In this document: positions 28,144 through 36,502 of the stretch, piece by piece | How positions within the stretch are numbered: position 1 is the first letter of the stretch | Layout of the letters: each line of letters starts with the position of its first letter | Origin: a bacterium | GTDB taxonomy: Bacteria; UBP15; UBA6099; JAJRTR01 | Assembly: GCA_024278215.1 (NCBI GenBank) | Contig: JAJRTR010000140.1 | Coordinates: forward strand, 6,716 to 70,715 | Direction of reading: 5' to 3' | Length of the DNA: 64,000 bases | Translations under genes and position numbers: made by a program | Notes under the pieces: model-generated | What the model saw: the letters and a program-made list of their open reading frames with translations, nothing else | Told to the model about the DNA's origin: nothing | Databases searched by the model: none

Positions 28144-29007
28144 TCAATTGAACGTATGCCCGAGCATGAGCGTGTAGCTTGTTGATGTGGCGGTGTTGTC
28201 GGAGCTGGTGTCGTCGAAACGTGTCCGGTTCGCGCCGAGCGTGAGACTGTATAGCTCGGATAGAGCATAGTTGAATTTCACACCGAAACCGCCCCTCAGG
28301 AGTTCCGCTTTGTTGCTGACAACAAAGCCGTCGTTGCCGACACTGAACGCCTGCTTGCCGACCCATCCTGAAACAGTTGTAGTAAGTTTGTCCCGGTAGA
28401 ACGTGAATGACTGCTCGGCGGAGAAATAATTCTGCTCGTGGAGATCGGCTTTCTTGGTAAGGTTGATAAGGTTTAACTGCGTAAGGGCATAAATGTTCCT
28501 TTTCGATTTCAGAGTCCGACCGGCCTTGTATGAAATCTGGAAGGCCATGAGGCTCGGCTCGAAATTGTTGTATGAAGAAACGTAGAGATCGAACTGCGAG
28601 TATCTGTCGGTGCGGCTGTAGTCCCCTGTGCCGCCGAACAGGGTGATCACGTTATATTCGTTGATGCTCGCGGTAACAAAATGACCGCCGAAGCGGGTTT
28701 TCTTTTCTTTTGTATAATTTGTGAGTACGAACGTGTAGTCGCGCTGGTCGTAGTCATAGCCCGACCAGTAGTCGATATTGGTGATGTCCATACCAAACTC
28801 ATAAGACCTGTTGTCGCCGATGCCGCGATAGAAATAGAAACCGGATGTTTCGGCGCTGTCCTTATAGATCGAATTGTCGTAGCTGATAGGCACAAGGTAG
28901 ATCATGCCGCTGGTTGTAGTTGTTGTGGTGGTATCCAGCGCGGCGGCGGGCATAGCGAAGAAAACAAGCGCTATGACCATGGCGATATTACTTGCGAATC
29001 TTTTCAT
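28144..29007 (-). CDS. Putative outer-membrane beta-barrel protein
   Basis: ATG 29007 (MKRFASNIAMVIALVFFAMPAAA) is preceded by AGGAGA. Alternating-hydrophobic, Y/G/S/T-rich sequence. The start overlaps the upstream gene by 20 nt. Confidence 0.55.
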   Translation of the reverse strand: MKRFASNIAMVIALVFFAMPAAALDTTTTTTTSGMIYLVPISYDNSIYKDSAETSGFYFYRGIGDNRSYEFGMDITNIDYWSGYDYDQRDYTFVLTNYTKEKKTRFGGHFVTASINEYNVITLFGGTGDYSRTDRYSQFDLYVSSYNNFEPSLMAFQISYKAGRTLKSKRNIYALTQLNLINLTKKADLHEQNYFSAEQSFTFYRDKLTTTVSGWVGKQAFSVGNDGFVVSNKAELLRGGFGVKFNYALSELYSLTLGANRTRFDDTSSDNTATSTSYTLMLGHTFN

Positions 29008-31210
29008 TCTCGTTTCTCCTGAATTCGTATTCGCCGGCGACGATTCTCTTGAAGCCGACCTGATCGTCGAGTTCGACATGTGTCTTTATGTCGACACCGA
29101 GCGTCTTCGACCTGACGCTGCCCTCGATAGTGTTTCTGCCGGTAAAGTGCAGGCGGCAATCGACGCGTGCGAGGTCGAACTTAAAGGAATTAAGGAAGAG
29201 GAAGAACTCCCTGCGCGGCCCCGTCACGACCGACCCCACCGGCAGGCGGTCACACCATGACATGTCGTTCATCTGCAGCAGCGGCAGCCTGGGCACTGCC
29301 ATGAATATGTGTTTCAGGTACTTGTCTGCGCCCTGTGTGTGATAGATATAGAAAGTGTCTTCATGCCTGCCGAAGTAGAGGCGGCCCCTGCCGGAATCGA
29401 AATAAAATGTTCCGTCCGGCGCCATCTTCACTTTCAGGCGTAGTTCATCTATCCTGCGACCTGCCCTGTACACATCATACACGAAACTGTCGTCGAGCAT
29501 AAACGACATCCTTGTTTCAATGCTTTTTTCAGGGTTAAGTGTCTCGATCTCTGTTTTTTCTTCAGGTAGTCCGTTGGCGAAAAACTTTTTGTCCTTGAGA
29601 TAATTCGAGAAAGTGAAGGGGATAGTAGCCGAGCCGACGCCCTCCGCGGCCTGCGCCTGAACGTGGATGTGCGGCTGCGGCGAGTAGCCCGAGTTGCCGC
29701 ATTTGCCCAGAAGCGCACCTTTCTCGACCCACTGTCCTTCGACAACCCTGATTGAATCGTGCGCGAAGTGCGATATCTCGACATAGAAAGCGCGCTCGTC
29801 CCTGATAATCACAAGGTTGCCCCATGTGTTGGACTTGTCGATCGTGCCGATGGGGTTGTCCGGCAGATTCGCGACGACCTTGACAACGCGCCCGCGGATG
29901 GGCGACAGAACGCTTTTCCTGTAAGCGTAGTAGTCCTCGAGTTCGCCGCCGCTGTCGCGACGGCTGCGACCGTCCGCGTCGACGATGATGAAATCATAAG
30001 CGTGGCGCCAGCTCCCCCTGTGTGTCCATTCTCCGTCGAAGCCCTGCCACACATGCCATTTGCCGGTGAACGGCAGCGCGATCGTCAATCCCGCGGCACC
30101 GAACCGCCGCGAGCCGGCGATAAAGTAATCCAGCGTTTCCTCCGGTGTCGATTTTATGTATCTCGCCACCATCGGATTGTGCACGACTCCCAGTACATAG
30201 ACGAATGACATCGTGATGAAGTTGAACGGGATCGTGAAGCCCGGTATTCCATAGTATGACCAGAAAACTTCCATCGCTTTGAGCAGCAACGTCGACACGA
30301 GAACCGCGACAATGGCAAGCGCGTAGCTCCTGACCGACGGCACGAGAAAGATGCCACCTATCGCCATTGCAATCAATATGTAATTGAAATGGAATATGTT
30401 CGAGAACGCCTGTTCGAACGAACCCGTGAGGCAGCCGGTCATGATCGTGCCTGTGTAATAGCCCACCACGGCGAGCATGAAAAGTATTCGCGAGCAGCAC
30501 AGTATTACCAGCGTAATCGCTATGCCGGGCAGAACATAGGGTAGAAGAAATATCGTACCCATCGACTTGAAGAAACCGGAGAGCCAGAGCGGCAGATACC
30601 ATTGCAGGCCTGATGTCCAGTGGCTGTAGAAACCGCCCGCAAAAAGGTTCGCGTAGTTGGACGACGCCAGATATGTGACGGACGCCACGATCGCGAAAGG
30701 CAGGCTGAGTATGGGCAGTTTGAAGTTGTAATAGAAAAAACTGTTGAGCATTATGGACAGCAGAAGTGTGAATATACCGGCTGTGATCACGATGAAAACA
30801 GTGAGCATGGAAAGCTTGAAAAGAAAACCGACGGCGAGCCCCGAAAGCAGCGGGTTGTATGTGTAGAAGCCGGAATTGAGAAAGGTTTCGTCCATGTTGA
30901 TAAGCTTTGCGAAGGCGTATGCGGCCATGACGGAGATGATCCCCGAAACGGCGATATTCGGATTGAAAAGTGTGATCAGGAAAAAGATAAGGCCGATTGG
31001 CGCGCTGTTGAAGAAGAGTATTTCCGAGTAGCTTTTTACGATGGCGGTCAGGTGGAGCGCGAGAGTCGAGTTGTTGAAACGTGCTGTGAGCGACGACAGG
31101 GTGGACTCGCCGCCCGGCGCGCCCGGCGAGAACCGGCCGGCTTCATTGTTCCCGTTTTGACCTGTTCCAGCCGGTGGCTCGAATGAAAGTTGACCCGGCG
31201 TTTGTGTCAT
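28988..31210 (-). CDS. Urea-transporter-family membrane domain fused to an M23 peptidase domain plus a C-terminal domain
   Basis: The multi-TM N-terminal half (ILFFNSAPIGLIFFLITLF...YTYNPLLSGLAVGF) resembles the UT family. M23 block HAYDFIIVD...GNLVIIRD...HFAHDS...GNSGYSPQPHIHVQ. Confidence 0.75.
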   Translation of the reverse strand: MTQTPGQLSFEPPAGTGQNGNNEAGRFSPGAPGGESTLSSLTARFNNSTLALHLTAIVKSYSEILFFNSAPIGLIFFLITLFNPNIAVSGIISVMAAYAFAKLINMDETFLNSGFYTYNPLLSGLAVGFLFKLSMLTVFIVITAGIFTLLLSIMLNSFFYYNFKLPILSLPFAIVASVTYLASSNYANLFAGGFYSHWTSGLQWYLPLWLSGFFKSMGTIFLLPYVLPGIAITLVILCCSRILFMLAVVGYYTGTIMTGCLTGSFEQAFSNIFHFNYILIAMAIGGIFLVPSVRSYALAIVAVLVSTLLLKAMEVFWSYYGIPGFTIPFNFITMSFVYVLGVVHNPMVARYIKSTPEETLDYFIAGSRRFGAAGLTIALPFTGKWHVWQGFDGEWTHRGSWRHAYDFIIVDADGRSRRDSGGELEDYYAYRKSVLSPIRGRVVKVVANLPDNPIGTIDKSNTWGNLVIIRDERAFYVEISHFAHDSIRVVEGQWVEKGALLGKCGNSGYSPQPHIHVQAQAAEGVGSATIPFTFSNYLKDKKFFANGLPEEKTEIETLNPEKSIETRMSFMLDDSFVYDVYRAGRRIDELRLKVKMAPDGTFYFDSGRGRLYFGRHEDTFYIYHTQGADKYLKHIFMAVPRLPLLQMNDMSWCDRLPVGSVVTGPRREFFLFLNSFKFDLARVDCRLHFTGRNTIEGSVRSKTLGVDIKTHVELDDQVGFKRIVAGEYEFRRNENEKIRK

Positions 31211-31355
31211 CGTTACTTACCTCTTATTTGTTGCTTTGAGTCGAAAAATTTTCAAAGTGAAAGCCGTAGCTTCCGGAGCCTGCGTTCGCAAGGTGGACCT
31301 TGGGAACGAGTGAAAAAAACAATCAAAGTGGGCGGGTGCGCCGTGCCTCGCCTTT

Positions 31356-31380
31356 ATCCCGCATATTTCACCAATGCGGG
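31356..31380. repeat. 24-25-nt hairpin motif, copy 1 (downstream flank of the PqqD/ATP-grasp/decarboxylase cassette)
   Basis: ATCCCGCATATTTCACCAATGCGGG. The stem is CCCGCAT/ATGCGGG. The only other copy I found is inverted, at 34483..34506. Confidence 0.6.
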
Positions 31381-31578
31381 CAAAAATCGGGAGAATGCCT
31401 GTAATACAAGGCGCGGCAAATGAGTGGTGAGGGAGCATACTGTCAGGTATGTGACCGATCCCGAATCGCCGCCGCAACGCGGTAGAACAGGCGTTATCGC
31501 GATTTTCCGGTTTTCTTTGTGAGAAATCCGGGTTATACATCTTGCGCATTTTAAAGTGTGACATGGCACTATCATTTC

Positions 31579-32931
31579 TCAGTCGAGAACCAGCCTTTCC
31601 GGCAGTCGTTCGCGGCGTTCGATGTCGGAGAGGTCTTCCGCCTCGCGTATAACGTCGACCTGACCGTCCTCGCCAATCAGCACCACGTTGGGCCTGTACT
31701 CGATGAACTGCATCCACTGCGTCACATTATACGCGCCGACCGGCGATATGATAAGGCGCACGCCTCGCTTTAGAGGCGGAAGTTGCACGCTTTCGTCGAT
31801 CACGTCGATGTTCATGCACATGGGTCCGTAGATGACCGAGTTTTCGTTGGGGCCGCTCACTTCGCGGTCCATCTCGATGTTGAACTTGTACCAGTTGGAT
31901 GTGAACAGGACATTTATGCCGCCGTCGATGATGTAGGAGCGTCGGCCGTCGGGCAGTCGTTTTGTCGCAATAACAGTGGATATCAGGTAGCCTGCTTCCT
32001 CGACCATTGCGCGGCCCGGTTCGAGAATAAGCTTCGGTGTGTCGCCCGGCCTGAGACTGTTGTAGAGCGCGTCTGTTATCCGCTCCGCGTACTCGTCGAT
32101 TGACGGTATCGCAATATCAGGCGGCAGGTAGATGCCTTTGAGCCGGTTTTTTGTGGGCAGCCCGCCGCCGATGTCCAGGTATTCGATTTCGTAGTTAAAC
32201 TTATCTTTAAGTTCATAAGAGAACCTGACCATCTTCTCGACTTCCACCGCGTATGCGTTCGGTTCCATAATGAAAGTGCCGATATGACAGTGGAGACCGC
32301 GGATTTTGAGGTGCCCACGCGAGTAGATTCTCTTAACGGCATCCATCGCCTGGCCGGAATCGAGGTTGAAGCCGAAACGCGACCACTGCGGTTTGATGCC
32401 GGTGTCCATGTTGAGGCGGATACCGATGCCGACCTGCCTGCCTTCCCCGGCGGCGATCTGCTCGAGGTCCGCGATCTCGTCGAGATGGTCCACGTGTATC
32501 ATCGCCCCCTCGCGCACAGCCGTTCTCAGCGCGGCCGGCGACTTGTGCGGCCCGTTGAAGATAATGTCCTCGCCCGCGATGCCCAGCTTGCGTGCCTTGT
32601 CGTATTCCATCCCCGAGACGACCTCGGCGATAGCGCCTTCCTGGTGCATCACGGCGCAGATGGCCGAGATGTAATTGGTTTTGTACGACCAGCCGAATGT
32701 GACATCCGGGTAGCGCGTCGAGAACGCGCCGCTCACCTCGCGGAACTTAGCCCGCAACGCCTTCTCGGAGAATACGAACAGGGGCGAGCCGTATTCTTTC
32801 GCCAGCTCGTCGACAGTCACCCCGTCGATCTCCGTACACACCCTCTTCATATACGCTGGACTGTTCCCATACTTGTTCATCAGGCCCGTGCGCAGCCTCT
32901 TTATTACCGGTTTTTCATACAGCATCTTCAT
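31579..32931 (-). CDS. Type III PLP-dependent decarboxylase (Orn/DAP/Arg decarboxylase family)
   Basis: PLP-lysine context WSYKTNY, plus GLHCHIGT, DIGGGLP, EPGRAMV and YGPMCMNID motifs. The start overlaps the ATP-grasp gene by 17 nt. Confidence 0.85.
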   Translation of the reverse strand: MKMLYEKPVIKRLRTGLMNKYGNSPAYMKRVCTEIDGVTVDELAKEYGSPLFVFSEKALRAKFREVSGAFSTRYPDVTFGWSYKTNYISAICAVMHQEGAIAEVVSGMEYDKARKLGIAGEDIIFNGPHKSPAALRTAVREGAMIHVDHLDEIADLEQIAAGEGRQVGIGIRLNMDTGIKPQWSRFGFNLDSGQAMDAVKRIYSRGHLKIRGLHCHIGTFIMEPNAYAVEVEKMVRFSYELKDKFNYEIEYLDIGGGLPTKNRLKGIYLPPDIAIPSIDEYAERITDALYNSLRPGDTPKLILEPGRAMVEEAGYLISTVIATKRLPDGRRSYIIDGGINVLFTSNWYKFNIEMDREVSGPNENSVIYGPMCMNIDVIDESVQLPPLKRGVRLIISPVGAYNVTQWMQFIEYRPNVVLIGEDGQVDVIREAEDLSDIERRERLPERLVLD

Positions 32932-33982
32932 GGCAGTATTCCCCCGTTGTGACTATTTCCTGAAATGGTTTCATGTCCGTAACAACTTCATAAGTGTACC
33001 TTACATAGAGCTTGCCCGACTCGTAGTCGCGTGCCTTCGGGATAGGCATATCAAACGCACTGCGCAACATGTTCGACGGGAGATTCACACCGACTCCTGT
33101 CGCGAAAAACGACCATGCGGGCAGCCTCGGGTTGATCTCGATCAGGTATACCTCACCGCTGTCGACCATGCACTCAAGCTCGAACGCGCCTTTCCACTTA
33201 TATTCGGAAATGAACTTCGCCGCCGCTTCGAGCATCTCCTCGTTCCTGATTGTCACGCCGGTCCATATCTTGCCGAGTGAAGTGACCCCCATCTTTTTTA
33301 TGCCGACCATGCCGAGATTTTCGCCCGTGCCGTCGCCCAGTCCGACAACATTAAGCTCTTCGCCTTTCACCATCTGCTGCACTATTATCGGGTAGCCCCA
33401 TTCGGCGACAATCGAGTTGTAGTAGCTCGCCGCCTGCATCGACGTGTACGCGCAATACGCTTTGTAGAACGCGCCCTTGATCATGACCGGATATCCGATT
33501 TCGTCCAGCGCGGACTGCAAGTCTTCGTGTGATGAAACAACTCTCGTGGCCGGGATTCTTATGCCGATGGTTTTCGCCACATCCTCGAGGCGGTCTTTGC
33601 CCCTGAGCCTGAACTGCTCCATAGTCGGCACGACCGTTTTTATACCCATATTTTCGAGTTCTTCGCCATATTTTGTGAAGAATGGCAGCTCGACATCGAG
33701 CGAAGGGATGACAAAATCCAGCCCGTATGTCGACTTGATATACGCGAGACGTTCCATGTAGGCGTCGCGCCCGCCGGACGGGTAAGGCATGATGTAGGAC
33801 TTGTCCATCAGCCAGTCCAGATATATGCCCGGCTCCATCGCGTCGTATGCGAGGCCGACGACTTTCACATTCAATTCACTGTCTTCCCGGAGCGACCTCG
33901 CCACCCCGACACCCGGGCCGGGATTGTCGACCGCGTTGATTCCCGTTACGCCGATAATCAGGTCTTTCACGCTGCACCTCAC
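32915..33982 (-). CDS. ATP-grasp ligase (carboxylate-amine/thiol ligase superfamily)
   Basis: GYPVMIKGAFY, PIIVQQMVKGEE, VYLIEINPRLPAW ATP-grasp blocks. The GTG start overlaps the PqqD-like stop (GTGA). Confidence 0.8.
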   Translation of the reverse strand: MRCSVKDLIIGVTGINAVDNPGPGVGVARSLREDSELNVKVVGLAYDAMEPGIYLDWLMDKSYIMPYPSGGRDAYMERLAYIKSTYGLDFVIPSLDVELPFFTKYGEELENMGIKTVVPTMEQFRLRGKDRLEDVAKTIGIRIPATRVVSSHEDLQSALDEIGYPVMIKGAFYKAYCAYTSMQAASYYNSIVAEWGYPIIVQQMVKGEELNVVGLGDGTGENLGMVGIKKMGVTSLGKIWTGVTIRNEEMLEAAAKFISEYKWKGAFELECMVDSGEVYLIEINPRLPAWSFFATGVGVNLPSNMLRSAFDMPIPKARDYESGKLYVRYTYEVVTDMKPFQEIVTTGEYCHEDAV

Positions 33983-34317
33983 AGTAGTTTGATGTATCTC
34001 AACTGGTCGACAAAGTCGGTCGCGTCGCGCTCCGCCTCATCTTTCTCAACGATAAAAAGTTCCGTCAGTCTCAGGGCTATCTCCTCCATCGTTTTTCTCT
34101 CCTTCAGCCCTTTCAGAACTTCGAGTCCCGTACTGTTGACGGTAAAACTCTCGCCGGTCGTCGGGTCGAACACGAAACCTTCTTCATTTATTGCCAGAAG
34201 ATACAGGCGTCCCATTTCTGCGCCTTCGACCACCGCCGCTCCCTCGCGGGGTTCCGCCGCGGGCAGGCCATTCTCCGGACCTGAAACCCGCCCGGTTTCC
34301 GATTCCATGTTATCCAT
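33979..34317 (-). CDS. PqqD-family (RiPP-recognition-element-like) small protein
   Basis: The core FVFDPTTGESFTVNSTGLEVLKGLKERKTMEEIALRLTELFIVEKDEAERDATDFVDQLRYIKLL fits the PqqD pattern. The G/E/A/P-rich 34-aa N-terminal extension may not be translated (alternative ATG at 34215). Confidence 0.65.
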   Translation of the reverse strand: MDNMESETGRVSGPENGLPAAEPREGAAVVEGAEMGRLYLLAINEEGFVFDPTTGESFTVNSTGLEVLKGLKERKTMEEIALRLTELFIVEKDEAERDATDFVDQLRYIKLL

Positions 34318-34325
34318 TTGTTTCG

Positions 34326-34451
34326 TCAGCGTACTTGCGTCCCGAGGAGTACGAGCGATCCGCAGATAAAATGCAGGTTCGCGTTCGTGAAGTGCGGATC
34401 AGCATCTTCCGGCACCGATATTGCCGCCGCCGTCAATAATAATGTGTCCAT
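34326..34451 (-). CDS. Candidate 41-aa ORF just upstream of the PqqD-like gene (speculative)
   Basis: Hand translation gives MDTLLLTAAAISVPEDADPHFTNANLHFICGSLVLLGTQVR, ending 8 nt before the PqqD-like ATG. No clear RBS. Below the ORF-track length cutoff. Confidence 0.2.
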   Translation of the reverse strand: MDTLLLTAAAISVPEDADPHFTNANLHFICGSLVLLGTQVR

Positions 34452-34482
34452 GTTGACCGCGCACCGGTGGATCGGCACTTAA

Positions 34483-34506
34483 CCCGCATTGGTAAAATAT
34501 GCGGAT
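34483..34506. repeat. 24-nt hairpin motif, copy 2 (upstream flank of the cassette, inverted)
   Basis: CCCGCATTGGTAAAATATGCGGAT is the reverse complement of ATCCGCATATTTTACCAATGCGGG. It differs from copy 1 by one indel and one mismatch. Confidence 0.6.
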
Positions 34507-34729
34507 TGATGCTTTTGTACAGGACGTTTCCGCCGCCCCTTCCCGTAAGATTTAAAAATTCATCCGCAAATTTTTATTGTGCACTCGAATGAATTGTTGC
34601 AAACAAAAAACCTGTGGCCTATTCATGTGAGGATTCAAGCGAATGATTATATTCATATCCTATATGATACGAATATCTGCTGAAAAGTTAAATCAAATCT
34701 GTGTGATGTTGGTCACAACGAAATCCGGG

Positions 34730-36127
34730 TTAGCCGCTTACGGCGCGATAAGGACCCGCGCATCTTCCGGGACTGTCGCCCGGAAGATGGGGCATAATCA
34801 CAACCTCGCCGCCCAGGCCACCGGAGACAGGTTCAGTGATCCGGCAGACGACCAACTTACCCATAAGTTCATCGTCACCTTCCGCGTATATGCGCAAATA
34901 ATTTCTCGTCAGACCTGTGAGCAGGCCGTTTTTGCCGTCGCGGCGTTTCTCGAAAAGGACTTCCAACTCCCTGCCGATGAAACGCGCCCGGAATCTCGCC
35001 GCCAGTTCCCCGCGCAAAGCCCTCATTCTCAAGCTACGGTTCTTTTTGATTTCCTCCTGCACCTGACCGGGCATCTCCGCCGCCGTCGTGCCCGGTCTCT
35101 TCGAGTATCGAAATACGTGCATGTAACCCAGCGAAAGTCTGTCAGCAAGTTTATATGTTTCATCGAACGCCGCTTCTGTTTCGCCCGGAAAGCCTACTAT
35201 CACATCCGCGCCCACATTGACATCCGGGAACATGTCCCGTAGCCGCAACACCGTTGTCGCGAACTCGTCCGCAGTGTAGTCGCGTTTCATGGCCCTGAGT
35301 ATCCCGTCGTCTCCGCTCTGGAGTGAAATGTGGAAGTGGTCGCAGAGTTTGTCCCTCACGGCATCGAGTGTCTCGAACAGTTCTTCGCTGAATTCTTTCG
35401 GGTCTATGGAACTTAGCCTGATGCGGGAGAGCCCCTCGACTTCATATAAGCGGCGCAGCAGCGCTGCAAGTGTTGTGCGCGGCTCGAGGTCAAGCCCGTA
35501 ACGCCCGATATGGATACCGACGACCACGACTTCCCTGTAGCCGTTGGCGGCGAAACGCTCGGCCTGGGCGATCACTTCGCCAGTCGGCGCGCTCCGGCTC
35601 CTGCCCCTCGCGTACGGTACGATGCAATAAGAACAGCGCTTGTTGCAGCCTTCGTGTATGCGCAGGAACGCTTTCGTGTAATTCGCGAACGAGTCGACCG
35701 GCGCCGGCCTGAACTCGCGTTCATCGAAAATGTCGGGGACCGCCGGCATCGGCACAGGTCCCGACTCATTGCTTACGAGTTGCTCCAGCATGTTCGGGAT
35801 TTCCTCTTTTCGCGCGCTTCCGACGACGAGGTCCAGCCCCGGAAGCTCCCGCCGCACATCTTCCGGATGTGTCTGCGGATAGCAGCCCGCGACAACGACG
35901 CGCACCCCCGGGCACCGCTCCTTGTGCTTGAGCGCGCGCCTGACCATCTGGCGTGCCTGGTGGTCGGTCTTTCCGGTCACCGAGCACGTGTTCACAACGT
36001 AAACATCCGCCTCTTCACGAAAAGGCACTGTTGTGTAGCCCGACCGCTCGAACGCTTCCCTTATCGCTTCACTGTCCACCTGATTGAGCTTGCAGCCAAG
36101 TGTGTATATCGCAACTTTTTTTGTCAT
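34730..36127 (-). CDS. mtaB: MiaB/MtaB-family radical-SAM tRNA methylthiotransferase
   Basis: N-terminal KVAIYTLGCKLNQVDSE...VYVVNTCSVT. Radical-SAM CNKRCSYC. C-terminal TRAM-like GRELEVLFEK...GKLVVCRITE. Confidence 0.8.
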   Translation of the reverse strand: MTKKVAIYTLGCKLNQVDSEAIREAFERSGYTTVPFREEADVYVVNTCSVTGKTDHQARQMVRRALKHKERCPGVRVVVAGCYPQTHPEDVRRELPGLDLVVGSARKEEIPNMLEQLVSNESGPVPMPAVPDIFDEREFRPAPVDSFANYTKAFLRIHEGCNKRCSYCIVPYARGRSRSAPTGEVIAQAERFAANGYREVVVVGIHIGRYGLDLEPRTTLAALLRRLYEVEGLSRIRLSSIDPKEFSEELFETLDAVRDKLCDHFHISLQSGDDGILRAMKRDYTADEFATTVLRLRDMFPDVNVGADVIVGFPGETEAAFDETYKLADRLSLGYMHVFRYSKRPGTTAAEMPGQVQEEIKKNRSLRMRALRGELAARFRARFIGRELEVLFEKRRDGKNGLLTGLTRNYLRIYAEGDDELMGKLVVCRITEPVSGGLGGEVVIMPHLPGDSPGRCAGPYRAVSG

Positions 36128-36291
36128 TATACAACAACCTTTTTTCTGAAAAACACCGGTCTTACTGAAGAAGGCACAGCCTATGAAGAAACAAGAAACG
36201 ATGACCTGCGTCGATGCAGACTTTGCACAGAACCTGCACGCATTTTATCGCACAGGATCATTCAGGTAAAGAGATCGCTTGAAGAGAAACA

Positions 36292-36307
36292 GAGCCAATT
36301 GCAAATA
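36292..36307. repeat. Solo left-end terminal repeat of the foldback element
   Basis: GAGCCAATTGCAAATA matches the first 14 nt of the TIR, then diverges. Confidence 0.55.
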
Positions 36308-36396
36308 AAGAATAATATTCACAGGATTACTCCTTGCGTCTTTTTCATCATTGGCGCGACGCAAGTTACCGATACGGAAATATTTTTTCATACTTA

Positions 36397-36425
36397 TTGA
36401 CACCTGGCGATATTATGTATATTCT
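36397..36425 (+). promoter_or_regulatory. Sigma70-type promoter candidate for the Rrf2-led redox locus
   Basis: TTGACA - 17 nt - TATTCT, about 80 nt upstream of the Rrf2 start. Confidence 0.5.
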
Positions 36426-36428
36426 GGA

Positions 36429-36457
36429 ATAAAGACCAGTGAAGCGATGGTCTTTAT
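36429..36457. promoter_or_regulatory. Perfect 10-bp inverted repeat (candidate operator / 5' hairpin)
   Basis: ATAAAGACCA - 9 nt - TGGTCTTTAT, immediately downstream of the -10 element. Confidence 0.45.
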
Positions 36458-36502
36458 GGTCACCATGGCAACTATAACTACAATAGGGGCGGAGAAGACA
36501 CT

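Noticed and set aside
31211-31578. Riboswitch or tRNA in the 368-nt gap upstream of the UT-M23 gene
   Set aside because: I could not recognise any known riboswitch core (for example guanidine/ykkC) or a tRNA cloverleaf by eye. Only the 24-nt hairpin motif reported separately stands out. A covariance-model scan would be needed.
32915-33982. The ATP-grasp gene as PylC, linking the locus to pyrrolysine and the internal TAG codons
   Set aside because: Similarity is only at the generic ATP-grasp level. No PylB (radical SAM), PylD, PylS or tRNA-Pyl is adjacent. The neighbours are a decarboxylase and a PqqD-like protein instead.
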